From the NCBI RefSeq assembly GCF_947568905.1, contig NC_079165.1:28272001-28336000 (forward strand): a stretch of 64,000 nucleotides of DNA. The letters are read 5' to 3'. The notes beneath the pieces were generated by a model, which ran no database searches, was not told where the DNA came from, and worked only from the letters and a program-made list of their open reading frames with translations. Position numbers and translations under genes: made by a program. Below are positions 1 to 12,328 of the stretch, one piece after another (positions within the stretch are counted from its first letter, which is position 1; each line of letters opens with the position of its first letter). Origin of the DNA: Ostrea edulis. Lineage: Eukaryota.

Positions 1-936
1 ATAATCATATAATATATTTGAATTAATCTACAGTTTCGTAACTTTAAACATAACACCTTTTAAAAGCTAAAACACCCGACGGTGCTAAGTACTACGTGAA
101 AATTTCAACTAAGTTTACTTTTTTTTTTAACGAGAACAAGCCCATGTGGTAATAGGCGCCGTTTTGGTATCTATTGCCGTTTAGTGATATCACGTATTAT
201 TCGAATGAGTGATATCATGCACCTATCCAAGTGAATGATATCGCCTTCAAATCGAACACGTAAAATCATCTATAATTATAATACATTTCACTTTTGAAAA
301 TACAAGCTATAACGCGCTTCATGAAGAACATGTATGCCAGCGTGAAGCGTCACAGTTCATACCCTCATGTATTGTCAAAAGAGACATTCATTTCTTACAT
401 ATACTTACATTATGCTTTCATTTCTGTCGGAATCCCTAGCCGTTAAATTAGACGGACTACATTCATCAGTATCCATACGCACATTGTTTACAACTGGCAA
501 CACATTCACGAGGAAATGGCTATCATTACGATTTGTAGATTGGAAATGCAAGTATTAATTAAGCTGTCATTTTGGTGTCGGAAATTTTTGTTTGTAAAAT
601 GTTGATTTACTATTTCAATGACAGAAAAATATATATACTTTTGTTAAGCAAAATTACATAATTATTGTCTTCTTATGCATTCAACAACAAAAATATTTAT
701 GTATAATGCTATATGTTCAATAGAATCGAAATCTTTATTTTGATAAAACATTAAACTTACTTTTGATTTTATTCTTGATTATGGTTAAAGTTACATACAA
801 AACTATCATAATAGAATAAAATTAAAACAAAACATTACCGGTAAATAATGAATGATCTCCCCTTCCAGATGATATATTGCGACCACCGAACTAAAGGACG
901 AAATCTTTAGAAGCATCAAAAGAACAATTCTATCTT

Positions 937-1310
937 CAGTGGCGGATTTAGAGGGGGCACGGTATCTTGTTTCGGAAAATATACTAAACGATAAAAGAAG
1001 CAATAATTTCTTCCACTCCCGGAGAAATAAATGACAAAATCCTTTGATTTCTTGAATTACTTTATTGGGAGAACTTAATATTTTCCAAAACCCCCTTAAA
1101 ATTTGGGTCATTTTATTAATTTCACTTTATTAAAATGATAGAAAATAGTACAAATGACTTAATAGGAGAATTATTTCAAGCCCCATATAATCTGTAATAT
1201 CCAGGAGCTTTCGGGGGCTTCCCCCCTGGACTCCCACCAGGGCTTCGCCCTGCACCCACTGCCTCATAAAGTGGCGCCCCCCGTAACCACAATTCCTGGA
1301 TCCGCCCCTG
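937..1310. mobile_element. Non-autonomous TIR element (MITE) with 5-bp TSD, possibly hAT5-like
   Basis: The termini CAGTGGCGGATTTAG and CTGGATCCGCCCCTG are flanked by ATCTT at 932-936 and 1311-1315. The interior aligns by eye with the reverse complement of 16486-16846. Confidence 0.8.
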
Positions 1311-1873
1311 ATCTTCCCAGTGTGGCTTCAATAAGATAACACTGAACGTAATCTATAATACAAACAATTATTTTGAATGAGTGAAAAAAAACAACCCAGA
1401 AATTATTTAGAATGATTTTCAAATTAAAACTAAAATAAAAAACTACGCTCTTATTTTGGTAACTCTGGCGGATGCTTCTTCAAGAGATTAATAAAAAGCA
1501 AGATCTTATCATCATATGGGGGTAGTTGTTTTTTCAAACATAGTTTGAACAAGTTGCTGCCCTTTAAAAAGGGACTACAATACGTGGACCATAGGCATGC
1601 CTTTCTAACAGAAAACAGATTTTTTTATAAAAAGAATAAGTCAATTATTGCTAGAATTGTACTAATTGATATAGAATATTTGTAGCTTTGACCTTTGAAA
1701 TAAGAGTTATCCTTGATCTGGACCTTACTAATATTCAAATTCAACAAGGGGGCATCATCGGGTCTAAATAATAAAGTTTGAGTTTCATACCTTAATTAAT
1801 CCATTCTCTACCCAGAGTTCCGTGCGCTACTATAAGTGAAGCTTGTGTAACGCGCCCTCTGGTGAGAGAATGA

Positions 1874-2083
1874 CCTTAATCCGATGATATAAATCTGAAG
1901 AAAAAAAACCCTTAATCCAATGATATGAATCTGGCAACAAAATGCCTTAATCTGATGATATAAATTTGACAACAAAATACCTTAATCCAATGATATAATA
2001 TTAATCCTCACAGACTAGAATATCGATTTTCCCGTCAGGTCGAGAAGAAAAAACTAAATTTTCTCGACCTGACGGAAAAATCG
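1874..2083. repeat. About 4 copies of a 35-36 bp tandem unit followed by a 23-bp-arm hairpin
   Basis: CCTTAATC.A/GATGATAT units start at 1874, 1910, 1945 and 1980. Arms 2024-2046 and 2061-2083 match at 22/23 positions with a 14-nt loop. Confidence 0.8.
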
Positions 2084-3764
2084 AGCGATTTTCCGATTGG
2101 CTCAGGTGAATTTGTGCATGCGCAAGATGACTATTCCCCCTAGCATCCGGTTTGATCTCGCTAATATATTTTCTACGTGAACCTCAGGGTTCACGCAATA
2201 AGCAATATAGATATCAGTATACCCAATCTCTACATCCAGTTCAAGGTCGAGGCGTTTTGAAGTTTCTCTGGTGTGTGGTCGCGTCGTACTTGCACATAAT
2301 TATTGTAAGGGAAAAAAAGGTTGTTTTACCGGAAGAGGCCGCCAAGGTTGGAGAGTGCTAATATATAAGATTTTATCCTTATGCGAAAATAGTGACCAAT
2401 TAAATTTAAATTCAATTTGAATCGTTAGATTATTAGTTACATTTATCGCGCGGATGTGAGGTAAAAATTGTGGCTAAATCATGCCGGAAGTTGACTTTGT
2501 CCTTTGACAATCAGTTTTGTAGCAGCGATGATTTGTTGATCATCAATTAAAATGATGTTTAGTTTGCAGTATATAAATTCAAATGCTTTATGATTTATTG
2601 ATGATTACCAAACATGAGGCGTACATCAGGTGGGTCCTTAGTCCTGGATTTTTGGGGTTTAGGTAGCATTTTTTTGTTTGGAATGAATAAATTAACATTC
2701 AGAGTAATGAAAAAAGGCAAAACAGTAAAGGGTTTCCATATTAATTTTCATTACATACACCACTAAAGTCATATACCCCGATGTAGATTTTTATGAAATT
2801 CATTGGAAACAGTTATTTGTTGTTATTTTAATATAAAAACAACAAAATATTTTTTGAATTGCATTTATTTATCGGGAAACATGTCAATAACTAAAACACA
2901 TGTCATTTTCAATATGTTCATCAAGTTTTAGAATAATATGTGCAAAATTATTGAATTAGCGTTATTCCCCAAAATGTTAAAAAAAAAAAAAAAATGTGGA
3001 CGCATTTTCCTTATAGCATGGTTTACATATCATTTTTTCTGTTTATATTAGTAGAGTTACATGTGTTATAGTTATTCATGGGAAAAAATCCATACCTTTC
3101 CTTAATAATTTCAAATCTATAGCTTCCAGATTATGTATACCCCCATCAAAAACTGAAGTCTGGTACCATACAGCTGAGCTATTTAAAATCACTCGGGATT
3201 AAAATTTTATGTAATTTCATGAAAAGACACAGATAATGATTCCTTATCACCTTGGTAAAATGTTTGTCAAAAATAAAGGAAATCTATCGCATTATGTACT
3301 TGATAAATAATTGAATGAAAACAGAGTTATTGTCCTTGGATTCAATATTTTGAAACATATCATTGACTATTCAAATATAACTAAGAATTTTGAAATATTT
3401 TATGGCTAACAAGATTTTTTACAATAACTATTGAAAAAGATTCCAACAAAATTTATGTTCCTATCATTAAATCATTGACTTTGCAAAATCCTATGACGTC
3501 ACAGGAGTGTGGAACTACGTTAACCACAATTGTCCTGATTTCTCAATATTCAGTATACCTTAGATTAAAACACTCATTCAAATATTGACAAAAATGTTTT
3601 GTGAATGTATAATTTTCAGGATTCATGGGGCTTTTTATGGAATTTGCATTCAAATCACCCAAATGTTCCGAATATTTATTCCTTTAGTGAGCGTATTTTG
3701 TGTAAAAAAAAAAAAAAAAAAGAAGAAGACGAAAAAAAGAAAGAAAGAAAAGAAAAATAATAAT

Positions 3765-4140
3765 AATAAGTGTTTCTCACCCTCAACTTCATTCAAGCAG
3801 AATTTGCAAAATCTACTAGACCGTGGAGTTGGAGGTGTACAGTATCTCCCAACCTCAATATTGAGGGGATGTGCACTTAGTCTTAGTTTAGTGAGTAGAG
3901 ATCTGTAAGCTTTTTGTAATGTAAATTTCAAATATTCTTGCAATTTAAAATTATAATTGTATACTTGGCTATAAAATACAAGTTTTCCACAATTTGTTTT
4001 ATGTTATCAAAATGATTATATATTTTATTTTTATTATAGTTTCTCAATTCATTGCTAAATGTTTCATAGGAAATCTCTAAAGAGGAAAGTCCAATCATCT
4101 TTGTAATAATACTCAGTGATTTAGTCATGTTTGGACTAGT
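3765..4140 (-). mobile_element. Degenerate 3' fragment of a non-LTR retrotransposon ORF2 (RTE-X-like C-terminus)
   Basis: The minus-strand translation LLTKLRLSAHPLNIEVGRY...RFCKFCLNEVEGEKH matches the R.S.H.L.IE.GR plus CxxC..H C-terminal motif of LINE ORF2. It is frameshifted and cut off by an A-rich low-complexity tract at 3703-3768. Confidence 0.7.
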
Positions 4141-4588
4141 TTGTTATATGAGATGATTTTTCATCCTCTTTAAAAGCATGGGTTATTATTTTTGGGATGC
4201 AAATTCCATATTATTTAACCTACAGTAATATTTAAACATTGATTCATACATGTACACGTATATCTTAATGTGTAAAGGAAAGTACTGCAACATTAGAAGC
4301 TTTCTTATGAACACCTAGTATGTCTTTCAAAATAGTATATTGTACTTTCTCAAAAGGCAACTTTGATTGCTATTTATGTCAATCTTAAAATCAGTAATCC
4401 AGATTTCAGATGAATATGTAACAATAGGTAATATGAGATCCTGATACATTTTAAGCTATACTTGGACAGAAAAATCATTTTGAAAAAGGTATTTTAGATT
4501 TAACTGAATAATAAGCCTAGCTTTATCCTCAAGGCTAGCACTTGCTTGTCTTAAACTTAAATATAAATTTATGATGTGCATGTGAATG

Positions 4589-4589
<1 letters not shown>

Positions 4590-4652
<63 letters not shown>
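4590..4652. repeat. (AT)n microsatellite
   Basis: Uninterrupted TA run of about 60 bp. Confidence 0.95.
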
Positions 4653-4657
<5 letters not shown>

Positions 4658-5590
4658 AAGAATAACTCGTGCAGTTCACCGGGAAAGCAAGGAATCTTGG
4701 GAATTTCAGTTTATACAAAGAGGATCAGCATGTAATATCTTATACCTGACTTGCATTCGCAAGTTGAATTTCGATCATTTATTATTGAATGCTCCTTGAC
4801 AGAAAAAAGATTTTCCAGATTTAAAATGAACTTGACCTTGATTAAAGGTACTTTAAAGAAAACACTGAATAGAGACAGATCTTCATGTAATGTTAGACGC
4901 ATGGCTTGCGTTCACAACTAGCACTTGAACCCTGTTAGAGTTCGACAGAATTAAAGATACATTGATTTCAATACCGAGAGATTATAATCATATTAAAATT
5001 CATGTAATCGAAGTTCACGCGATTGAACGATTTGAGTCTAGCCTGTTCAGAATGGGTAATCCCCTCTTCTTTTTATAAAATTGTCCTGCGGAGTGAAAAC
5101 CAGGTAGCTGGATATTGGTGACGTCAGGTCTATTTTATCTTGACGAGCTCTATGTACAAGTTTATAAAATAATCAATGATTTGAAACATAAACTCTTGAT
5201 GTGCCGGTTTCTGTCATCACACGTTTTGACTTGTACCCTTTACAGACTTTAAAACCGTTTTAAAGGCGACACATCACGGGGTGACTTGGGTGTTTTGAGT
5301 ATGAATTGCCCTAGACGATGTTTTTGATAATTTAAAGAGATATATCTGTGGAAGAAACTACACCCAAGATGTTAACTTGATCAAAAACATACATTTTTTA
5401 CAAAGGATTTAAAGACCTGGGTTCTCTTCACCTTAAACGGGCCCTCGGATTTTATCACGTCCATGGTTTAAAATGCAAAATCATTTGAGCTGCGATTAAT
5501 TGATCGATACAATCCGACACTGTGAACGTTACTAATGAATGAGAGAAACACGCCGAAGAAAACCAACAGAAACCGTGGGGTAGGGCCGTG

Positions 5591-7552
5591 ATGGAGGATC
5601 CCCGAGACTCCGATCCTCTGATGTGTGGGCTGTGCCAGAAGCGATACAACGATCCCCGGATATTGGACTGTTTTCATACATACTGTTTCGAATGCTTGGA
5701 GAAACACGTACACAGCGGTCATTCTAAGGCCACCTTTCCGTGTCCGTTGTGTCAGCTGGAAATCACTATTCCAAAAACAGGACTCAAGGGACTCAAACAG
5801 AATTACTATGTCAGGGCCATACAAGCAAGCGCCGCTTTCTCTACCAACAGTAAGTGTGACGCGTGTAAAGAGAACGAACAACCGGCACATTCACGGTGTT
5901 TGGAATGTAGCAGCAATTTCTGCAAGCCTTGCATTTCCCGCCATATCAAGGCCAATGAGTCACGTGACCATCATGTGATAGAGCTACCATCCTCGGATTC
6001 AAAAAGCTTTACAAAACTCTCTCACAGGTCTTTCTGTGAGAAACACAACGAAGAGACAGTTTATTATTGCATCCTCTGCGAAACCCCGATTTGTAAGGAC
6101 TGCGTCACAAAAGTGTCCGAACACAAGGGCCATCGATACAAGAACATCGTGGAGGGGGCGAAGGAGAAGAGGAATAAAGTCAAACCTATGATTCAGAGTA
6201 TGCACGAGTACCTGCCTTGCCTACAGGACTACCTCCACGAACTATACTCGACTAAAAAACTTCTGGGTGACTACACTGAACAAACCGTTAATGAGATCAA
6301 AAGTCGGTACAAGTTCCTCCAGGAAGAACTTCAGAAAATCTGCAATACTCTTGTGGAAGGCGTAGAAGGTAAATTAAAGAATGAATTCAACCGAATAGAA
6401 ACTCATACAAAAAGCATTGAGAAAACACTTCGCTCTGTTTCCACCATTACCAAGTCAGCAGAGGAGGCAATTAATCTAGGGAGCGACAGCGAGGTCGTTT
6501 TGATGTGCCAGAGACTACAAAACAGATTCAAGCACGCCGACAAAGAGATTCCGCAGATCGGTTTACAACCAGCTGTCAGCAGCAATTTCCACGTCGGTGA
6601 ACCCCATGGCGCTAACCTGGAGGAGATGTTTGGGACCTGTGACACCTCTGACATCCAGCTACCGATGTTGCCGATCCCCTGGGGTCTAAAAATAGCTTTG
6701 AATTTCGACGTCCAGCTCATGTATAGTTTCAAGGTTGCGAACAACATAGACACTGTCCATGCTATCGCACCACTTTCTGAAAAAGAAGCCTGGATATGCA
6801 ACGGATGGGGGAACCAAGAAATGCACCTCTACTCTAGAGAGGGAGAGAAACTCAGGACCCTCAAACTGGACATTCAGATTGACGACATCATTACTAAGCC
6901 AAATGGCGACATCTTGGTGTCTAGTTACGATGACAAGAAAATTATACGGCTGGACGGCGATCTTAACCAGACCGACTTTGTGAAGCTGGACCTGTATCCG
7001 GGCGGAATGACGTACACCAAGAAGAACGAGCTGCTGGTCTGTGCGGTAGACAGTTACGTCACCACCAGGAACTCCAGATCCAGACGAATGATCATAAGGA
7101 TCAGCGAGGCGGGAAGAATCATTGACATGATCGAAGACGATGGATTCAGCGCCATCTTTACAGCGCCTTATCGTCTGCACGAAAACATGTTGGGAGATAT
7201 CGTGGTGTCCGATCGAGAAGAAGCGGAAGTTCACACGACAACCATTACTTTGGACGGATTCGTTAAGAATAAATACATTGGACAGAGAGACTACAGAATG
7301 AAGAAGCCGTTTAATCCATTTGGAATCGTTTCCGACAAACAAGGCCACGTGCTGGTGGCGGACTGGAGCAATCATGCGATTCATTTACTGGATCTAAGCG
7401 GGCAGTTCATTGGGTTTCTCATCACAGAGAATTATGGGATACGGGGACCGAATGCCGTGGCGTTAGATAAGGAAGGACATCTATGGATAGGCGACACAAA
7501 ATCAACTGTGTGGATATTTAAATACTCCAGACGGGTGGAAAATAACACGTGA
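5591..7552 (+). CDS. TRIM-NHL E3 ligase (RING, B-box1, B-box2, coiled coil, NHL propeller), TRIM2/3-like, single coding exon, 653 aa
   Basis: RING is CGLC...CFHTYCFEC...CPLC; B-box1 is CDAC...CLEC..NFC..C...H; B-box2 is CEKH...YCILC...C..C...H..H. A heptad region and NHL-type repeats follow (PFNPFGIVSDKQGHVLVADW; GPNAVALDKEGHLWIGD). An in-frame TGA at 5540 makes ATG 5591 the first Met. Confidence 0.93.
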   Translation: MEDPRDSDPLMCGLCQKRYNDPRILDCFHTYCFECLEKHVHSGHSKATFPCPLCQLEITIPKTGLKGLKQNYYVRAIQASAAFSTNSKCDACKENEQPAHSRCLECSSNFCKPCISRHIKANESRDHHVIELPSSDSKSFTKLSHRSFCEKHNEETVYYCILCETPICKDCVTKVSEHKGHRYKNIVEGAKEKRNKVKPMIQSMHEYLPCLQDYLHELYSTKKLLGDYTEQTVNEIKSRYKFLQEELQKICNTLVEGVEGKLKNEFNRIETHTKSIEKTLRSVSTITKSAEEAINLGSDSEVVLMCQRLQNRFKHADKEIPQIGLQPAVSSNFHVGEPHGANLEEMFGTCDTSDIQLPMLPIPWGLKIALNFDVQLMYSFKVANNIDTVHAIAPLSEKEAWICNGWGNQEMHLYSREGEKLRTLKLDIQIDDIITKPNGDILVSSYDDKKIIRLDGDLNQTDFVKLDLYPGGMTYTKKNELLVCAVDSYVTTRNSRSRRMIIRISEAGRIIDMIEDDGFSAIFTAPYRLHENMLGDIVVSDREEAEVHTTTITLDGFVKNKYIGQRDYRMKKPFNPFGIVSDKQGHVLVADWSNHAIHLLDLSGQFIGFLITENYGIRGPNAVALDKEGHLWIGDTKSTVWIFKYSRRVENNT

Positions 7553-7644
7553 CCGCATACTCAGTAGTTAATAGTCGGATCTACTTTGTACAAATAACAC
7601 GTGACCGCATACTCAGTAGTTAATAGTCGGATCTACTTTGTACA
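7540..7644. repeat. Exact 52-bp tandem duplication spanning the TRIM stop codon
   Basis: AAATAACACGTGACCGCATACTCAGTAGTTAATAGTCGGATCTACTTTGTAC occurs at 7540-7591 and 7592-7643. Confidence 0.95.
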
Positions 7645-7754
7645 TTGCATATATTCCTTTAGTAATAGTTGTATTTTTATATTTGCCCTATTATTGTATT
7701 AATTCTAGCCATGTTCGATATACACCGTATGTATTTCATAAGTTATTCATTATC

Positions 7755-7760
7755 AATAAA
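7755..7760 (+). promoter_or_regulatory. Candidate polyadenylation signal of the TRIM gene
   Basis: AATAAA about 200 nt after the stop codon, followed by a T-rich tract. Confidence 0.5.
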
Positions 7761-8329
7761 ATCAATTAGCGATTGAAACTGCATGCATTTTTTAAATTTC
7801 TTTATTTTTTCATGATTTTGTATAGAAAAAAGTCTTTAAATAATGTTTGAAGTGTGTGCTATCATGTTAAATTGCATGTAAAATGTTTATTTAAATTCGA
7901 ACATTTGGAAGGTGTGGGTTGTAAAATTTGGCAAAGTGAAAGGTAATTTAATTGATATCTCTACTGTGTTGATAAGTGCCATATATGTGGCATGTCGCCC
8001 GAAATTCCTCTGGTGGACGACTTAAAGCGTTCCTACGATCAGATGGGACTGTAAGTAGAATACCAGACTTCGGTGGAAATAGAATCGATAGGTATCGATA
8101 TATCAATCAATAAATTCTACAATCGATGATATGGTTGTGGAAAACTCCACCCCTACCACTGGACAAAACAATCAGTTTTTCATGATGGGAGAATTCAAAG
8201 ACTTGTCAGAGGAAACCAAAAGCAAATTTTGATAATTGATGTGTATGATTAATTTGACTTGGGTGAAACTTGTTTAACGAAAACCGGGGAATAATCCCAG
8301 TATAGGTGCTGTATCAACGAATATATTAA

Positions 8330-8612
8330 GGACGTATACGCATCTAAGACATTTGATATGGATAAAAAGTGGAGGATATGTACAACAATATTTTGAAATT
8401 GGAAACTTTCAAATTTACTTTGCTTAGTCAAAAAATGCAGTTTTGGTTAAAAGAAATCTGAGAAAAATTAAAAAACCCTGCAGTCGACGTGCTTTTTAAA
8501 AAAATCTTTTATTGATTTTCATCATACATATATGGCAATTACATTTTAATCAGTACAATAACTGTTAAAACAGATAATTCATGTAGTCGACGTGCTGAGC
8601 TACTCAGCTAGG
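8330..8612 (-). mobile_element. Interspersed repeat with a tRNA-like segment (inverted homolog of 36330-36560)
   Basis: The reverse complement (CCTAGCTGAGTAGCTCAGCACGTCGAC...GCAGGGTTTTT...CATTTTTTGAC...CCTCCACTTTTTATCCA) aligns by eye with 36334-36530. Confidence 0.65.
8494..8584 (-). mobile_element. 91-bp retro-type insertion with a 12-bp TSD
   Basis: AGTCGACGTGCT is duplicated at 8482-8493 and 8585-8596. A T-run and TTTATT (AATAAA on the minus strand, 8508-8513) lie at the left end. Confidence 0.65.
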
Positions 8613-8684
8613 CGAGAATTTTGTAAATGAATAGACAAATATTGCTGATATTAATATTTTCATCCATGTTTTAAAAGGAAGTCA

Positions 8685-9516
8685 GCCATTATGACGATGT
8701 AGAGTACATCCTTAAAGCAAAACTCTGGCCATTTAATTCAAAATGGTTATTACTTTAGATTCATCAGGATACAGCAATATTTTCAAGTCCCAGAACCCGA
8801 TTAATAAAAAATGGTTAAATGAAAGTGAAACTTAGATTGTTTGACCAATTTCAGTAAACCTGGAAATTCGATGTCTCAAATCCTCCGAAGGGATTAAACT
8901 ATAGTATATTTAAAGAAAACTTTGGCTTTTAATATTATTTAGACACCAAAGAAAGAATAACTTTTTGTCGATTTAGAACTTGTAACCATAGATTAGTGAT
9001 AGAAACTGGTAGATGGCAAAATGTTGAAAGAAAATGCATTTTGTGTGACAAAAATGACTAAGGAGATGAGTTACATTATATTTTAGTTTGTCCACACTTA
9101 CGTTTGTACAGAAATCGTTTTATTAATTTGGAAAACAGAACAAATGTTAGTATTATTAAATACAAAAATCTGTTCCAATCTAAAAATACTATCACGTTGA
9201 AAAAATTATGTAAATTTATCACTTATATCAACACTTTGATTACTTAACTTTCATGCGCTAGTCCTCCAGAATATGTACATTGCATCATGTACATGTTCTT
9301 TATGTACTGTATATGCATAGGTGTACGTGTATATGTGTGTATGTATGTATGTATGTATGTACATGTATGTGTTTTGTTTTTTATTTCTTATTTTTTCCTT
9401 TTCTTATTTTTTCTACTCTGGATACTGACTTTGTGTATTGTGTACTGTAGTACATTGTATTTGTATTTCTCTATACCTTTTGTACATTGGTTTATGAGAA
9501 TAGATCATCAATCAAT
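8685..9516 (+). mobile_element. 5'-truncated LINE (RTE-X-like) 3' end with (ATCA)n tail
   Basis: Translation ITFCRFRTCNHRLVIETGRWQNVERKCILCDKND*GDELHYILVC shows a CCHC motif with a premature TAA at 9059-9061. The 3' UTR ends in ATCATCAATCAATC. Confidence 0.8.
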
Positions 9517-10239
9517 CGGTCAGATCTGTGGTGTGAGTGATGTTAGAAATCTTACGGCTTTTTAACTAAAATCAGAAATCACAATTAAGCACGAAAACCG
9601 AATTTATTGGAACTTAACTTCAATGTTATTTTATTACAATTAATTTGATTGGACAAAAGTAAAGCTGAACAAGAATTTACATAATGAAAAGTAATGACAA
9701 TGACAGGTATATGCTATTTCCAAACGTACAATGGATGAAGGAGTTGGGGGTATGGTTTTATTGTCTGTGTTCCCCGTCCCCACATTATTTTTCTGTGAAC
9801 GATCTTTTCATATAAAAAATATATAGTTTTTCGGGAGATGCCTCTTCATTATTTTGAACAGGAGCAGTATTAGTAGTGATTTTTTTTATTGAAGTTTATG
9901 GAGACCGAAATCCTCTCCCCGTTTGAAATATGATGATACCAAACAGCTATATATAGTCCATGTATGAGTTTACAGCTTTTAATATGTAGGTGATTTGATT
10001 ATGGAAATTTCATTTGCTGATTCCCTTAGCTTTTTTTCTTCAAAAGCTAAACCTGTCAATATCAAACTGGTTCTGCCTATTCCACAATTTCTTTGTTAAG
10101 GGACCAGTTAAATTTGAAAATTACTTTTGTAACTTTTTAGGTGCCTAGCTTGGGATTCTCACTGGGCTTGTACATTTACATGTAAATACATGTATGTTAT
10201 GTTTATTGCGAGTCACTTCTGTTATAGTGTTATACACAC

Positions 10240-10530
10240 ATGTTGGGCTGCGACAAACCTAAGTCGTTAAAATAGGTGACAGTTCCATCGCCAAACGCTC
10301 GGTATCATGTGCATTGGAATGTCACGGGTCCTCGGAGACGACATTAAAAACGAATGTCCTGTGTCACAGGAGATGTGGCACGCTAAAGAACCCTCACTAC
10401 TCAATGGCCATAAGTACCGAGCAAAGGCTTAAATGAAGCCCTTCACTGGTATTAGTATGAGGTGAGTATGAGTATATAATATGAGTGAAAAATTCTCGAG
10501 AGGGACGTTAAACAAGATACAATCATAATC
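10240..10530 (+). mobile_element. tRNA-derived SINE with Meta/MESC-like core
   Basis: The core GTCCTGTGTCACAGGAGATGTGGCACGCTAAAGAACCC and 3' end ATGAGTGAAAAATTCTCGAGAGGGACG plus a CAAT-type tail recur at least 6 times in the window. The family assignment is from recollection of mollusc SINE cores. Confidence 0.7.
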
Positions 10531-10649
10531 ATTATTGATTACAAAAATTAATCCACTTTTATGTTTTGATTGCTATATACAAGTAATTATGCACTGGACT
10601 CTGTAGTACAAGTCACAGACACAGTACCCGCAACGTTATTCTTGACATG

Positions 10650-10830
10650 ATAAACGGTAGAACACGATACACGCACGATAGGATAGGATACACGCACGAT
10701 AGGATAGGATACACGCACGATAGGATAGGATACACGATAAACCTGATAAACGCAAAACCTGATAAACGATCTTCACGATAGACCTGATAAACGCAAAACA
10801 CGATAAACGATCTTCACGATAAATGGAAAA
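10650..10830. repeat. 21-bp tandem repeat and array of CACGATA/CTGATAAAC motifs
   Basis: ACACGCACGATAGGATAGGAT units start at 10669, 10690 and 10711, followed by degenerate ACCTGATAAACG units. Confidence 0.85.
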
Positions 10831-11689
10831 CCTGATAGAAATGTTGTAAATTTAGAAGTAATTTAGACAGAACGAAATTTTGATACCGACATCATATTTA
10901 CATTATGTTGTTAATAATACTGGAGGATTTCAATATTCATTTTACACCTAAAACGTATAATTTCTTAATACACAGTCGTACTTTTAAAAAATATAAATTT
11001 TATTTGAATTTTTTACGCCATCACAGCTAAAATCAGAAAACTAAACTATATACGATATTTAATTCATTATTTGATATCTATATGAATTTTCCCAGCCAAT
11101 TATTCTAGAATTATATTGTCATCTAATGTTTAATATATAAATTATACAGGGGATTAACTAAATGTAATATAATGTAGTGATATCACGCTTCAGTAGCTCT
11201 CTTATTCTAATGTCTATTATCTGTGTACAGATGCATGTTTATGTATGCATTTAAATGATTTCTGGTAAGGTGATGAAATGGATGTAAAGTATTTCATAGA
11301 CCTGCATTGTTATGTTGATGTGTTTTGACATGAATATATGTGGCACTTGTTACTTAATATATGTAGTAATGTGTATTTTTTCTTTTTTATCCAGTTTGTT
11401 CTTTTTCTTGTTTGACATGCATGTATGTATCAAACAATTGACTAGTTTCATTTTAGTTGTATTCTAAAAATGTTTCATACACTATTAAAAACTAGAACAC
11501 AGTAAGTTATATATTTGATATGTAGTTGTTGTAAATGATGACAGGCTTGAAATTTTTCCATTTATATCTATTGTAATTGATCATGCGTCCGTTGTATGAT
11601 AACAATTAAACACTTTCAACCCATATCTACCATTACAATTGCTTTCAAATTTTCAAGCACTACCAAAACTTGACCAATGTCCAAAAATA

Positions 11690-12005
11690 TTATTCTCAAC
11701 ATCACACCTGTAAGAAATTTTAAAAATCATTATATAGTCATGTAGAGCAGGGAGGCCTTTACCAAAATTGTAAATTTCGTGATATTTGGGGATAGAGGTT
11801 CTAACTCCAGGGTGGGGCCAAATTGGGTATATAGTGCTTACATGTGTATATGTAAAACATTTCAATAACATCGTCTTTAATGCTCTTGATCCTTAATTCT
11901 TATTAAATAAATATTTAAAAGGAGCAGATGTCCTTTACAAAAATTGTAAATTTCATGATCCAAGGACAGGGTTGTGGTTCCAAAATTATTATAGTGACCA
12001 TTGTG
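11690..12005. repeat. Two degenerate monomers resembling the oyster Helentron-borne ~166-bp (Cg170-type) satellite
   Basis: A CCTTTAC.AAAATTGTAAATTTC.TGAT...GGGGTT motif occurs at about 11755 and 11932. The resemblance to Cg170 is from memory. Confidence 0.5.
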
Positions 12006-12328
12006 TATAACAACGTTGTATGAAGTTTATATTTCAACATGGTGAAAAGTTTCAGGACATTGTTTCTCATCCATATTTGTTATTTCCTTACAAAAAATGT
12101 ATCATTTAGTTGTGCGAAAATAAAGAATAATGTATGAACTTTTTCTCTTGTTGTTCCTGCTCATTAACATTACAGACAGAAACATCAAGTCAGCTTAGTG
12201 CTTTTTAGTACTTTCAGTACTTTAATTTTTTGGCACGCGAAATCGGAACTCTCCAGTGAATAATGGTAAATAAAACATAGCAATTACGTAAACAGATTAT
12301 CGTCTGCTTATCAAAATCATAATCAAAC

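Noticed and set aside
3585-3908. 107-aa lysine-rich ORF
   Set aside because: The poly-K comes from an A-rich low-complexity tract; the real signal is the LINE fragment on the other strand.
6403-7384. Minus-strand ORFs of 132 and 232 aa (also 5468-5890)
   Set aside because: These are antisense shadows of the TRIM CDS with no recognisable motifs.
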